Below are positions 1-13,978 of a DNA stretch of 64,000 bases, in pieces. The translations under genes were made by a program, and so were the position numbers. Position 1 is the first letter of the stretch; each line of letters opens with the position of its first letter. Below the pieces are notes generated by a model, which saw only the letters and a program-made list of their open reading frames with translations, was not told the DNA's origin and did not search any database. Source of the DNA: Antedon mediterranea (lineage: Eukaryota; Animalia; Echinodermata); assembly GCF_964355755.1 (NCBI RefSeq), contig NC_092677.1, forward strand, positions 7,586,101 through 7,650,100, in the 5' to 3' direction.

Positions 1-1385
1 AAAATTCTAGAAGTAAGGCGCGATTTACCGAATTTTGCCCTTACGTAAATTTATATATAGATGAGCAAGTGAATTCTGGGTAATTTAATGGGTGGGTTTA
101 TTATTAATATTACAGGAAATGCATAACAGTGGATTTACATTTGTTGTGTTGAATTTAGCCTAAATTAAAATCATACGTCATTGCAGTTACAAATGTAGTT
201 AAACAATAACTGCAGTAGAATAAATTTGAAATTTATTTCAGAACATTTATTTCTCTTTTCTTTTCAATTAACAGTGTTTGTGAAAAAACAATTTTACATA
301 AGAGAGGCGAACCCCAGAAAGTGTAAACATGTAGTGGGCTGCCAAAAAATATAAAAAAATCATAAAAAAACCAAAGTAAACAAAAATAACCTATTGAAAA
401 TATCAATGAAATTTGAATTAATATTATTTAAGATTCAGTGATTGTATGTGGATGATAGATGCCTTTTTAGCTTAAATGAGAAATTTTTTTTTGTTTTTTT
501 GTTGGTATTACTCAAATTTACTTTCTGAAATACCAATTCTGAAGATTATACAGTATGATGTAATCATGGAGGTCTATGATGCAATGATAAACATATTTGT
601 AGATTTTACACATCATGTGATTTTGTGTTGCAATATTTTACTGTAAACTGCAATGTCATGTGACATTGCTTATTCAAACAAATAACAAAAACAATACTGT
701 CTATAAATAATTTGCGAAAGTGTAATACTAGAATACTAGAAGTCAAAGTATGCTTGTTGAGATTAGAAAGAAACAATAGTCAATATACCTTTCATTGTTA
801 TGTGATAATCAGGATCAATATTTATTTTCAGCATAGGAATAGGTCCATGGTTTCAGTTTTAAAACCATTTTATAAAAGATGATATTTTTTTTGTGAAAAT
901 GTTTACAAAAAAACACCTTTGATTTAACTACAGTACAATGGTATCATACAATAATGCTCAGTTTGATAACAAAAATCTGCACAAAAGGCTTTATGGTGGA
1001 TATACAGTTTATTAGTCAGTTTACTCTTTAACTCTAAATTCTGTATAATTATTGTCTTTTTATATGTTAGTCCACCAGTCAGCATTTAAATTTTTGTCTG
1101 CTCAAGTATTATATGTATGAAATGCCATGTGTGCCAAAATATTTATTCTTCAAGATTATTATTATTTATTATAACTTTCCTTTAACTTTTTATTATAACT
1201 TTCTTTCTACAAGGCTGAGTTGATATTAGAATTGTTATTTTGTAGAAATAAACTACTAAACAATATACAGTACAAATATGTAAAACACAATTTATTTGAA
1301 AAGCAGTCTAGAACCTAGACTAACCTTTCCCATGCCGTTTTTAGTCTAAAATACTGTATGAGAATAATACATTTTTTTTTTGCAG

Positions 1386-4300
1386 AATGTCTGGAATTTT
1401 TATTGTTCACTTTATGCCCGCGGTCCCTGTAAGTATTGTTTTCATTTGATTTAATTTTTGCAGCAATTCTATTTTATTCCATCAACAATTTTTATTTTAC
1501 AATGAAAATCAACATGCATATCAAAGTGAAAAGAAGCACTGGAATCATTTACAGTCATAGCACTTAGCAGATTATATAACCATCCAGCTAAATAATAATT
1601 ATTTTTAATTTAGGTTGTTTTGACCAATGGTGTATTAGTAAAATATCTTCAAAACAACAATCATTTGCTGCCAGTTGTGTGCTGTACCTTGACAAGTAAT
1701 GGTGCTAGTGCCTTATTCTGCTATGTATTTATATACAAATTTGATATGGGAATCAGGTACATATAAGGCTTTTTTCTTCTGCCAAAGATATACCGTATAT
1801 ATACAGTATGTTTTCATTCATGGTATATTTTTGGCAAAAGAAATGGTGCTCTAAAAAACAACAGTATACTCTATTTAACATACCCTGTATTTAACCTTTG
1901 TACTCTCAATTTTCTTTGTGCATTTAATAGAGTATTTGGTAATAGATACCATATTTTGCAGATGCAGTTTCTGCCAGCATGCCTAAACTTCTATTCTATA
2001 GCATGATATAATACTAACAATGCCCACACTAAACTGTAAATGTTTGTGATCCTTTAATTTGTCAAAACCGATAAAACTAAAATTATGATGCTGTTTTTAT
2101 CACAAGGAATAATATAACAGGGTTGTGTTTTCTCATGGAGTTCTCTTTGGTGCACATGTTCAGTTTGTAAATCCATATGTGTGATTTTACAATAAGGAAT
2201 TTTGGGTAATGGTGACATTTTATAAAGAACCACAAAACCTGCACTGTATTGAAGCTACAGTATGGTATCCAATATGATTTTCTGAATATTAGTTTGCTCA
2301 TGGAGCTACCTCCATGGATTTCTGGACATTAAAAGGTTTTCATAGTTTACAAAGCCTTACTTATAGCTACTACATTCTATTTAATTTTTCATAACATAAT
2401 TAATTATTAAGCTTTAATCCTTTGCCTATTATTATTATTTATGTTAAATACATCAATATGAATGAGCTATCCATGATCCAAAAATGGCCAATAATTTATT
2501 GATTAGACTTATAATTAACAATAAACATAAATAAAATATTATATATAATATTATATATAACCGTTAACCGTTTTTGATGTTGTATTGTTTTATGTTTCAA
2601 ACCTGTTAGTGGCGGTATTTATTGCTGTTGGTTTTGACTGAATAAAATAAAATAAAAATAAAATAAAAATATTTTACCTCAGAACATTTTTAATATGTTT
2701 GCCTATTTAAACAAATTAGGTCAACTAAACAATATTCTCTTGCTGTTACTGCAGTAACATAACATATATTTCTAGTTTCTTTCAATGTACAGCAGTCTGA
2801 TCACAAAACTTTCATACTGTTTTTTTTTTTATTTTCAGAGGGCCTGTTATCGCTCTTGCACTGTCCTATTATATTTTGTTAGCTCTATTAATTAGTTACA
2901 TATTCTTTTCAAAAATGTACATTGGAACTTGGCATGGTAAGTCATTTTCAAGCAAACATATTTTTACAAAATTCTGTAAAAGACGTTAAAAAATTGGGAA
3001 AGCGAGCTATGGCATATGTTTGCCGCTTATTATTCATACCATATGGATAAGCAAACATACTTTACCACGGCTCTAGCTATTTATTTTACTTTGGTAAACT
3101 CAGTTACGTTTGCCTGTCTCCACCCAGGTGCACGAATGGATTAGATCAAAACTTTGCACTGATTACTAGCTGCATTATGGGAGTACGTTTCCATATGTGT
3201 TTGATCCAAAAATGACCAGAGGAATAATATGTACAGCGCTTAGAGGTTTCACAACATTAGTTAGGAACTTTATAAATTCAGAATATTATTATTATCTTTT
3301 ATGACTTTTTTTGTAGGTTGGAGTATAGATTGTTTGTATGACTGGGGTCCATTTGCAGTCCTATCACTATCTGGTATGCTTCATGTGTGTCTTGAATGGT
3401 GGTGCTTTGAAATAGGCTACTTTATGGCAGGTAATAAAATGTTGAAGAAATAATTCAGTTCAATTCAATTCATTCCAGACTTCAATACAGACAATAAAAT
3501 AACACACATGCTAGAGCCGGTATCTTAATCACATTGACCAACATACAACATACCATCTCAAACATTTGCCTACATTTTGATGAGCCACTGATGGTTGGTA
3601 TATTATTTATAACCAGCATTGGCATATCCAAGTTTAGACATAAACTTTGACAGCAACTATCAATTTGTCCTGTTACTACATTTTCGGCTAATATAGATAT
3701 TTCTTAAAGTGACAGAAGTCACCAATAACAGAGTTGAACAAAATATTTCATTTTATTTCATATATTTTTTCTGGCCAACAAACCACATGGTGTGTGGGAC
3801 AGAATGCAGTGCATGTTGGACTTTTATTTTATGGATATTTTAGGATATTATTGTATATTTATTATTATATTTGTCCTGCAAAAAACAAAAATTTCACGTT
3901 TATAAACTTTATACGCTTGATTGGGTAATGCATGAATAAGGTACCCAAATGTATACCCCGCTACATTTACATCACAGTTTTTTATTTTTTTATTATTTAA
4001 ACACTGTATACACTAGCCTGTTATTCTGTGTTTAAGCAACTCAGTTTAGACAATTTAAACACTGTATACACTAGCCTGTTATTCTGTGTTTAAGCAACTC
4101 AGTTTAGACAATTTAAACACTGTATACACTAGCCTGTTATTCTGTGTTTAAGCAACTCAGTTTAGACAATTTAAACACTGTATACACTAGCCTGTTATTC
4201 TGTGTTTAAGCAACTCAGTTTGGACAATTTAAACATTGTATACACTAGCCTGTTATTCTGTGTTTAAGCAACTCAGTTTGGACAATTTAAACATTGTATA

Positions 4301-7300
4301 CACTAGCCTGTTATTCTGTGTTTAAGCAACTCAGTTTGGACAATTTAAACATTGTATACACTAGCCTGTTATTCTGTGTTTAAGCAACTCAGTTTAGACA
4401 ATTTTCGAAACACTTTTGCATTTTTACTGGCAGTGTAAAATGGATTCGTATGCTATTCTATATTATTCTAATTGCTTTTAATTTATTTGCATTCATTTAC
4501 AAAAAGCTACTTTAGGGAAAGTACAACTTGGTGCATTGTCTGTTACTATTCAGGTTGCCGCATTAGCATATATGGTATGTGGTTTTTGATACATTATTTT
4601 GAAGGGTAATTCCTGAATCACTCTTCCCTGGTTGAACCATAGAGATATTATAGTGAACTATAATATCTCTATGGTTGAACATTGATAATAACCTTACTTT
4701 ATTTTTGAAAGCGGTGAATCAGAACAAGCGTCTTTTTAACAGTAGTGCTACAATGATTGTTCGTAACAGTACTGTAAAATAGGAATTACTGACTTTGACC
4801 TATAGTATAATCATTAACATCCTAACTGTTTGGAATAAACACACAATAGTCTTGTAGCACCATTTTTTAAAAAAGGTTATCAATATTGTTAGAGTGGTTT
4901 GCTAGCCCGGTGTATTAACTCACACAGCCACTGTAGTGGACAGGCAAAATAGCGCCATACAGTAGTTGGCAGCACCGACATAACATGACCCTTAGGGGTG
5001 AAGGATGTTGTTGAAAAGTGTAACATCTAAGTCGCATTTATATGACATATATAAATACATTAACATTATACATTACTGTAAAAACAAGATAACATTACAA
5101 ATTATCATTACAAATTTAAAACCTGGAGCTACTCTTTAAATGAAAATGATTTCATATTTCATCCTTTCAATTGTAGACAGATTTTTGTTTTAATAATTGC
5201 AATCAAGCACTACAATATTTGTACTTTTTAGATACCCTATGGCTTGTCAATATCAGCAAGTATTCGAATAGGTCATTCACTTGGTGCAAAGGATACTAAG
5301 AGTGCAAAGACTGCTCTCTATGTTGCCTTCCTCGGCAGCTGTAAGTATTGACAACTTTTGGAAGATTGTTATGTTATATATTAACAATTTGTGAATTTGA
5401 CTATATGTTACTACAAAGACCCAGATCAACACAATGTTGTTGGACATGCAAATACAAATTCAATTTCAACAATGTTTTAACAATATCATTGAAATATTGC
5501 TGAAAGACGCAGGCGCTGATTAAAATATTATGTTCTTTTGTCGTCGCATATATCCAGGCCTTGTCTTTTGAAAATGATAGGAGTGGTACAGTACATTGCA
5601 CTCCTCAATACATTCAGGGATGCTGTTTGTATTTTGTGTGTAGCGGTTTACCAAATTTAAGTGTGTTGTAAATCGCACTCCTCAAGGGCAGTTTAGGAGT
5701 ATGTTGAGTGAGTGATCGCACTCGGTCGCTTTAAAAGACAAGCCCTGCATATCCAAACTGACAAGCACCAGATTCTTTTGATGCCTATATCAATAAATGT
5801 TGATTGTACTTCACATTAATTCCAAAAACAATAGCACTACAGCCAGTAGATAGTGGAGTTGGTATGCGTAACATTTTTTTTTTTACCAATTAGTAATTAC
5901 AATATCCCTAGATTCCTATCAGTTTACAATACCATAGAGAGATTGTAAATAAATAAAAAAAATAGTAACTTTATCTGGGTCAGAAGCTCTGTCTAAACTA
6001 TATATCTAAACTAGTTTGAAAAAAAAGTGTGATGTGGCCAAATATGATATGTCCTTGTATCCATATATGGGCACATCACGTTTTTTTGTCACATAAAGTT
6101 TTATAGTGTGGACAGAGCTTTATGAAGTGTAATTTTCAATTGCAGGGCTTTGTGCATTTTTTGTTTTTGGTGTAATGTTTATATTGAAGGATGACTTGGC
6201 TAAAGTTTTTATAAATGATCCGTAAGTAATTGTATAATTTTATGAAAAATGAGAATCTAAAGCTTGATTCCCAATTGGACGACATAGACACATTGCAAAT
6301 AAGTTGACAAATCACAAGTTATAGTGTGGATGATCCATCTTGTCATGATTGGTCAAATTACTTAGGGTTGGATTACATCCTTGTGTTGCATCCAAGTGGG
6401 AACCAAGCTTTGGTACTCTCTTGTTGCATAAAATTATGTCCGGTTACTCATTCATATAATAGTCTAGTTCAAATGTTTCCTTACATCGATATTTTTAGTT
6501 GTAATACTTCTGCTTTTAATGTCATTTTTAATAATATATAAATCTGTTTGTTCCTTGTTTATGCAAATCTAATGTATATTTTATGGCGATCCTGTTTTGG
6601 TGTTTTTCTTTACACTGTTGGATCTTGAATAAATAAATAAATATAACTTTAAATAGTCTGAGTTTGACGTGAAGAGATCCTTAAGCCTTGTCTACACTAT
6701 CAAACTTTTTTGACACATAATGGTAGTGCTATGCTTAAATATATGGTAGTGCTATGCTTAAATATGGTAGTGATATGACATCATCATGTCCATGGGCACA
6801 TCACATTTTTTTGACACATAAAGTTTGATAATGTAGAAAAAGCTTTAGATATTGTATGTGTTATTCATAGTTGTGTGCAGTTCAGCCCAGTTTGGCTGTA
6901 CTGTGTGTTTGATATTAGCAGTGAGCCCTTTGTTGGCAAGGCACAATAAAAACATAAACTAAAAAAAATAGACTCCCTTGTTTTCTAGCGTACCCTTTCT
7001 CTATATGTATTCGTCTTTTACCAATATTCTATCAGTACCTGATGATGATCTATGGTCGAAAGTACAAGTACAATAAATATTTTATTTTGAGGCAGAAACA
7101 AGAGCTTTGTCTGTTTAAAAAAAAACAACTAGTTGTCTATTCTTAAATATACGACTATATCAAATTATTATATGATGTAAAACAGACAGCAAAAGACAGG
7201 TTGTTACCGACACACACACATACTGCTAATTTTGTTTACTGAAAAATATTTGATGAACTTAGAAAGATGTTAAATAATTGAATTACTATTTTTATTTGGT

Positions 7301-9896
7301 TTCAGAGATATTGTTCAATTAGTGGCAAAAATTGTACCTTTGATTGTTATATATGGATTCTTTGATTATACGGGAGTGAGTATTCTAAGCAGTGCTTGAG
7401 TTTCAGAAGGATTGAGGGTTGATCCCCTCTGATCGAAGTACATTGATTTAAGTGTCAAGGAACTAGACAGTTCTTTTTCAGAACTACATACGTGGTGTAC
7501 CGCAAACATTATTGATTTCGCCATGCAAACCTTCAAACAATATATTTTTTAGATAAAACTTATATATTATATTTATCTATAGCTGTTTGCTGCAATTTTT
7601 CAACATTTTATATGTATTTTTTAGATACCGGTATAATAAATATATAGCAAAGTATATTTTTGCTTAAAATATTCCAAGTAAAGTGAAGTACAAACTTGAT
7701 CAATAATAAAGTACTCTGTTGGAACCATGAGTTTACATGAAAATTAAACTTCTGTTTTATAATAATATATATTAAATATGTATACCTTTTCTGTAGGCTG
7801 TAGGAAATGGTGGTCTTCGAGGCTCAGGACATCAGAAGATGGGAGCAGTGCTTAACCTTATATGTTTTTATTTAATAGCTATGCCTCTTGGGGGTAGCTT
7901 GTTGTTTTTAACAGACTTAGGGATTATAGGTAAGTATCCTCAGAAACTATTCTGCTGCACCTTACATTAATTGTCTGTTGTTTACTCTTAAACCTCCTTG
8001 TGCAAATATTTAGCAAGCTTTATTTGGGGAAAGGTACATGTATGATACACCCTGTTTATTACAGTGCCATGTTAATGCTATATTGAAAGGTATGATACAC
8101 CCTGTTTTTTCCATGTCTGGAACAACTTAAATATGACTATTGAAAATGCAAAATCCATTAATGTTTTTTAAAAATTGTATAAGTTGAATCTAATTAATAG
8201 GTACAAATCTTCAGCTGATGTCAATGTTACTTTATATATATATTTTACTATATTGTATATTTCCTATTATAGTATTAGCTGTTTTATAGTTGTTTAGTTA
8301 TTTTAGGTCTTCAACCCTGTACAAGCTTTTAGCTTATTGCTGTTGATCCTTTTCATCTTTTTTGCATTTTATCTTTGACATGTTTTATAATTATTTTATT
8401 TATTTTTTGATGAATAAAACGAAAATGTATGTTTATTACAGTGCCGTTTTAATTCTATATTGAAACAAACTAAAATCATACATTATTGCAAAAATTTAGT
8501 TACTGCAGTAACTACAGTGACTACAGTAGAGTAGTTTTGACATGATTCCTAAAGTTATGTCTACACTATCAAACTAGTTTGACCAAAAAAGTGTGATGTG
8601 CCCAAATATGGTAGTGATATGCCCAAATATGGTAGTGATATGCCCAAATATGGCAGTGATATAACATCATCATGTCCATATATGGGCACATCAAATTTGT
8701 TTGTCACATAAAGTTTGATAGTGTAGATAGAGCTTTAGTGTACTAATTTGAATGTTTTTACAGTGTGCCCTTAGAGAGAACTGAAAAAAAATATGAAAAC
8801 CTGCATGGGTGATCCTCTCTAAAAATGGTTACTAGGATATAATAAAGTATGCTTTATTCTGTATTATAGGACTGTGGATTGGTATAACTGTTTGTTTGAT
8901 AGTGCAAGGGACATCTCTATTTATTATTTTAATGAATTTAGATTGGGAGCTTGAAGTGCACAAGGTATGATTTAAATAGTTTATATCAATTTCTGAACCA
9001 CTATTATGTTTATTGAGACCCTTCCCAGTGGCGTAATCCATATGCTTTTAAGGCCCCTGGTTTATGGATGCTAAGTGGGCTTCCAACGTGGGAGGCCTTG
9101 GATGTCTTTTTATCCTGCTCAGAGGCCAACATAAGCTTCGGGGCTCCTGGTATGTGTTTGGCAGTGAGAAATGATTTAGATGATGGAACACGAATACCTA
9201 ATACTTTAAACTTGAGCTAAAAAATGTGATGCTTGTGGTTTAGTTTCAGATTTTGTTGCGATTAAGGTTTTAATTTATTGTCTAATTCTATAACATACAC
9301 AACATAAAGTATAAAACAGGTTTTGGCTGATGTATTGTTACAGTAGATAAATAGTAGAAAATTATTTTATTTCTCGTTGAGTAAAATGTTGTAGCTCTAT
9401 AGTACAACTTACAGTTTCTATTTCCAAACTTAATTGTTAGGCGCAAATTAGAGCTGGAGCAAATAAAACAAGACGGTCGTCAACGCAAAAGGCAAACAAA
9501 TCAGAAAAAGAGTGTTTAAATAGTGAAGATTGCGAGGAAAATGCAACAGAACTTCGTAAACTTTCCGATAAAACATCAAAGAAACTTTCTGCGGAAGAGC
9601 CAGAGACATGTGAAACACTAATGAATGATAGTAGTAGTGGAAGGAATTACGTCGTTGTAGAGAAAGCTGATAAAGTTGAAGATGATGACATCAAAATACG
9701 ACTGGTTCCAGATAATTTACGATACACAATCTTAAAGCGTGCTGCTTTTATATTGATCAGTGTAGTTGTTTTTGTTACAGGTTTCCTACTTAGTATTGTA
9801 TTCCGCCCGACGTATTGTGATATGTATTCTTCCTTAAATGTAACAGTGGATACTGAATCTGACTATTATTTTGATGATGATTGTATTCAATTATAG
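1386..9896 (+). CDS. SLC47A1: MATE (multidrug and toxin extrusion) transporter, SLC47A family; 3' 11 exons, 5' exons not found in window
   Basis: Phase-compatible GT-AG exons: 1386-1428, 1614-1756, 2839-2936, 3317-3430 (GWSIDCLYDWGPF...CLEWWCFEIG), 4507-4574, 5232-5340 (SIRIGHSLGA), 6146-6221, 7306-7375, 7797-7929 (GGLRGSGHQKMGA), 8870-8964 (GLWIG...LDW), 9441-9896 (AQIRAG, linker, 13th TM, stop TAG). EWW and LRGxG motifs are typical of eukaryotic MATEs. Paralog assignment is uncertain. Confidence 0.93.
3090..3295 (+). mobile_element. degenerate SINE fragment with (TTA)n tail
   Basis: Contains CTCCACCCAGGTG body motif and AGCGCTTAGAG...TTTATAAAT...TATTATTATTAT tail typical of L2-mobilised SINEs. 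Confidence 0.4.
3996..4404. repeat. 58-bp tandem repeat, about 7 copies, intronic
   Basis: ACA(C/T)TGTATACACTAGCCTGTTATTCTGTGTTTAAGCAACTCAGTTT(A/G)GACAATTTAA recurs at 4001, 4059, 4117, 4175, 4233, 4291, 4349. Confidence 0.97.
4638..4673. mobile_element. 36-bp palindrome with 7-bp direct repeat (P-like TIR remnant)
   Basis: GTTGAAC-CATAGAGATATTATAGTGAACTATAATATCTCTATG-GTTGAAC. Confidence 0.75.
5985..6119. mobile_element. PIF/Harbinger-like (Tourist-type) MITE, family copy 1
   Basis: Termini AGCTCTGTCTA(A/C)ACTAT...ATAGTGTGGACAGAGCT; homologous to copies at 6684, 8553 and 42387. Confidence 0.75.
6684..6844. mobile_element. PIF/Harbinger-like MITE, copy 2
   Basis: Same TIRs; flanked by TTA on both sides; internal ~20-bp ATATGGTAGTG... 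tandem units. Confidence 0.75.
7035..7071 (+). ncRNA. degenerate minimal hammerhead ribozyme motif (Penelope-type)
   Basis: GTAC-CTGATGA-T-GATC-TAT-GGTC-GAAA-GTAC-AA-GTAC: core, stem II and stem I present; the expected UH site reads AA. Confidence 0.4.
8553..8734. mobile_element. PIF/Harbinger-like MITE, copy 3
   Basis: TGTCTACACTATCAAACT...AGTTTGATAGTGTAGA TIRs with three internal TGCCCAAATATGG(T/C)AGTGATA units. Confidence 0.78.
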
Positions 9897-10326
9897 TGTT
9901 GTTTTATTAGAATGTATTTTTCTATAATGTAAAACATTTTACCTCTCTCAATCATTATCAGGGATGGATTCATTATTTTTTTTCTGTTGGGGTGGCGACC
10001 ATCGCTAAACAAGGATTGAAGTGTTTGACTTCTTTTTCGTGGGCTACTAAGAGCCCCAATTGTCTACATCCAGCCCTTCCACAGGCTATGGCTAAATTTT
10101 AAGATTTTAATATTTTTGGGTTTTAGATGCAATATAATCAATTACATTTAAGATATATATGAGATTTAAATGAGTGCAGAATACTGTAAGTGTGTTATTT
10201 ACTACAGTATACATTTAAAAAAAAAGTTAAAGTTATGCCTAATCTTTCACTTAATTTATTGGTAAAAACAAAAATTTAACAAATGGTGGTGTGGCAGTGT
10301 CTAAATGAGAGAATCCAATGGTTATA

Positions 10327-12073
10327 CAGTACTGACTACAAATCATGTACCATAACCCGCGTTTGTCGCGCGTGTAAAATATGTGTAATTGCCGCGTGCC
10401 TGTATTTGCCGTGTGGACCATGACGTCATCACTTTGTAGCTTTTTACTGGTAAAATATGGAACTCCCGGTACGACGCCACGACAACACACACGTGGGTAT
10501 CAGTTTGTTTTGTTTCTATTGTTTAGGCCTACCATCATATTTATGTAATCTGAACCCGCCCGTTACTGTATGTAACAAAGTTTATTTTTTCTCTATTGTT
10601 TAGGCAAACAATAAATAAGAAAGTTTATAGAATTCATGTAAATTGTTTTTCATCGGGGTTTTGTTTAGAGTTCACGTCGTATTATTTTATATAATGTGAC
10701 GTGAGGCGTACAGTGAGAAGTGTACAACAGGGAGGCTAGAATAGAGAGCTACTGTACCTAAGCCCCCCACAAAAAAAAAACATATTTAGCGATCTTTAAT
10801 AGGTCAATAAATAGCCTAATAATAGTAAAATTATAAAATGATGTTTCCTTGTATTTTCGTAACCAAAAGCCAAATATTTAAATTAAAATACAGCGCTAGT
10901 GTTTTAGGCCAAGTACAGTATTCGCTCAAATAACTGTGACTGTGAATGGGTTTTCCGCCGCTCAGTGTAGAAAGTAAAATTATTACGTTCTTCTAACACG
11001 TTTATTACATGTCTTTAGTATATTTCTATCTAACATGTCTGCATTGTATACTTGCTTTATACATTCTCTGCTTATGAAACGACTTAATAAGTTGCTAAAT
11101 TGACGTTTAAAGCAGATATTTGTCTGACATCAGCCCATGTTTATAATGAAAACAAAACAAGGTTCCGAAAATGGTACAGTCCAAAATGAGGTGTGCAATT
11201 AAATAATATCAACGTAAACATATGCGCACGGTATCGGGGCTGTAATTATAAGAGAACTGATTTCCCCTGGACGGGAAATGGTAAAAACTTGTATTTATTC
11301 GACCTCGCTTCTCTCTCGCTCTGGCTGTGTGCGGAGGAGAATCGCTCCAACGTGGTTTCGTGGAGCGATTAATGGTCCAGTCCGTAACAGGGGTGTACAT
11401 TAGTTACCGCGCTAAATACATGCATGTCAATACTGGCGTTGTAATACTATATAAATGTTTTCCTCCCCGACGGGGAATGGTAAAACCTTTATGTTATTAT
11501 TTGGCCTAGCAACTGTGTGTACTCAATGGATGAACTCTACAACGTGGTGCGTACAGAAAGTACGTCATTCGGCCACCAGCAACGATCGTGTTTTGAAAGA
11601 TATTGTTGGGTCTTTTCTACCTTGTTTTTTTTAATGAGTTTTCTCAAATACTTAATAAATATGACTTAAAAATATATATAAACAAACCCTGAAAGCAAAC
11701 TAGGCCTAGAATAGTAGTACTGTACTCCCGGTAGTAGGCCTACTAACTAGGACTATTTTCAATCACAGACATAATTGCATCATGCACTATGATAAATAAA
11801 TCGATTTTTTATTTCAAATAGGCCTATATTTTGTTATATAAAATGCTGTTATCCTGTACTGTAATTCCAGTTATTGTCTGTTTGATGATAATAATATATA
11901 TGAACAAAACATCAACAAATTATAAATACAGTTCGCTGCAGTTGAATTACTCAATGCAGTAATGCATGAGTGAATATGGACAGTATTGTTAGTACCTAAT
12001 TACACGCGAGTCACGCGTTTTTCACACCCGTGTAAAATGTGTGGGCTTGGTATATGATATGTAGTCAGTACTG
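10327..12073. mobile_element. non-autonomous Tc1/mariner-type DNA transposon (~1.75 kb)
   Basis: TIRs CAGTACTGACTACA(A/T)ATCAT(G/A)TACCA at both ends, TA on each flank; degenerate internal ~190-bp duplication (11261 vs 11458); no transposase ORF. Confidence 0.8.
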
Positions 12074-12271
12074 TAATATGTCAAATATGGAGAAAAAATA
12101 ATTTTCCTCCATGATCAAAGTCAATATGAACTTTGGACAAGTTACAAAATAACAAATAAATAAGCATATATACTCAGGTTCACTTAGTTCATTTAGTGAA
12201 GTCCAATTCAGACTTAAGCGGCATCCCACCATGCAATTTTTCTGATCTGGTCAGCTTGTATTAATGTTGTA

Positions 12272-12495
12272 GTGGAGCTGTAGCTTGGTGGTTAATGTGC
12301 TTTCCTTTCAATCCAGGGTTCAATCCTGACCTACAGTGATGCCAGGGTTGTAACTCATGACTCTTTTAACTCCACTCTCTAAGCCTGAAATTTGACTTAG
12401 ACTAAAAAGCCAGATAATAATTATATTAAATAGTTTATCCATCCTGTAATGCTATAGTTGGTGGTCGTAAATGCGTATGAAATAAATAAATAATT
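12272..12495 (+). mobile_element. tRNA-derived SINE (decayed)
   Basis: A-box-like TAGCTTGGTGG, B-box-like GGTTCAATCC, 3' (AAAT)n tail. Confidence 0.6.
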
Positions 12496-13278
12496 AATTA
12501 AAACACATTTTATTTTAAACACCAGTTTTGTTTTATTACCATAAGTCATTAGTCTTTAGTTTTTAAGGACTAGTTCCTTATTTAGATACAATTGTATTGC
12601 TTTTTTTAAATGTTGAAGTGGAATTGATTTGATGATATGTATTTAATGATAATATGTATAGTTTTATGCTGAAACTGAAACTACCTTGTCAGATAAGTAA
12701 ACAGAATTAAACCATAGTATTACTGTAAATACAAAAACTAATCATGTTGTATATATGATAATATTAATGGTGTATGAAGTAAACATGGTTATAGCATGAA
12801 AGAATTCAAAATTTCTTCAGGCTTTTATACCATGGAGAATTCATTCTCCATGCTTATACTAAATATAGAGGTTGATTATTGTATGAAAAGGGCTTTCAAA
12901 TTCAAATTATTTTGGACAAATATCATTTTCGTTACATAATCATAATTGTTTTGTATTATTTTAATGCTCATAATCATCTTTACAAAAGTTAAAACTTAGG
13001 TTAGAAGAAGTTTAATTGATTCAATTTGTATTTGACCAAACCTTTTCTATGTAAGATTATTTGTAAAATGTGATATAAACAGTACTAACAATTTTGGATA
13101 AAGTTAACCGTAAAGCTACCTTTACGTGATAATTTGAGTCAATCATAATCATTATAACTTTAATTTATAAAAAGAAGAAATTAATAACTAAAACAATAAT
13201 TAAGATGTATTTTCCCCAAAATCATGAAACATTTTATGAAATCAACTATTTAATAGATCATTTTGCAATTTAATGAAG

Positions 13279-13372
13279 TTATTCACTTCCATTGAAAAAA
13301 AAACCAGAAAAAAACATGTTTTCACACAAAAGACAAAATAAACAGTTAAATTCAACCAAAAACCCATTGATT
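13279..13372 (+). repeat. dispersed repeat, inverted copy at ~16901-16997
   Basis: TCACTTCC...TGTTTTCAC...AAAAGACAAAA...AATTCAACCAA(A/G)AACCCATTGA matches the reverse complement of 16901-16997. Confidence 0.6.
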
Positions 13373-13978
13373 TTTTGGATAAATAATTTTTTTTAATCCA
13401 ATTTTTGGTCAACTATTATATGTGACATTAAAATCATGGCATATTAAAAAAGAAATATTTAAAACAAATTGTCAGCAGAACAAATATCTTTCATTTTAGT
13501 AACTTGTTGTTGTTATTGCATTTACAATTCAATCATCAAAGGACTTACTTTTAAGTTTGGTTGAAAGTTAATAACTATGTTATATACTGGTATTACATTG
13601 TTTGTTATATTAAATTCAAATATTTTAATACAATAACATTTTAATATTTTTTAAACAGAATAAAGTATACATAAGATTATAATCTACATATAATATATCA
13701 TTGTTTTACAAAAAAGGTAAAGATGTTTTAATGACTGAACACAAAAAAATGTCTTTAATGAAACTTGAAACTATTTTTTTTGTGTAATTTTAAATAAACC
13801 AAAAAATCAAAATGTTAGAAAAATTCTTATTTATTTTGTCGTCCTTCAGATGATTTTAATGTTTGTACTCTCAGAGGAGAGTTTGTAATGTTCTACGTGT
13901 AAATAGCATGAAATTACTGTTTTCGTATAAATAGCTTTGGTATAAAAATTTAAAATTAAGTCACGCGTAGAGAAAAAC

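Noticed and set aside
3996-4404. CRISPR-like array
   Set aside because: Units are contiguous with no unique spacers; eukaryotic intron; no cas genes.
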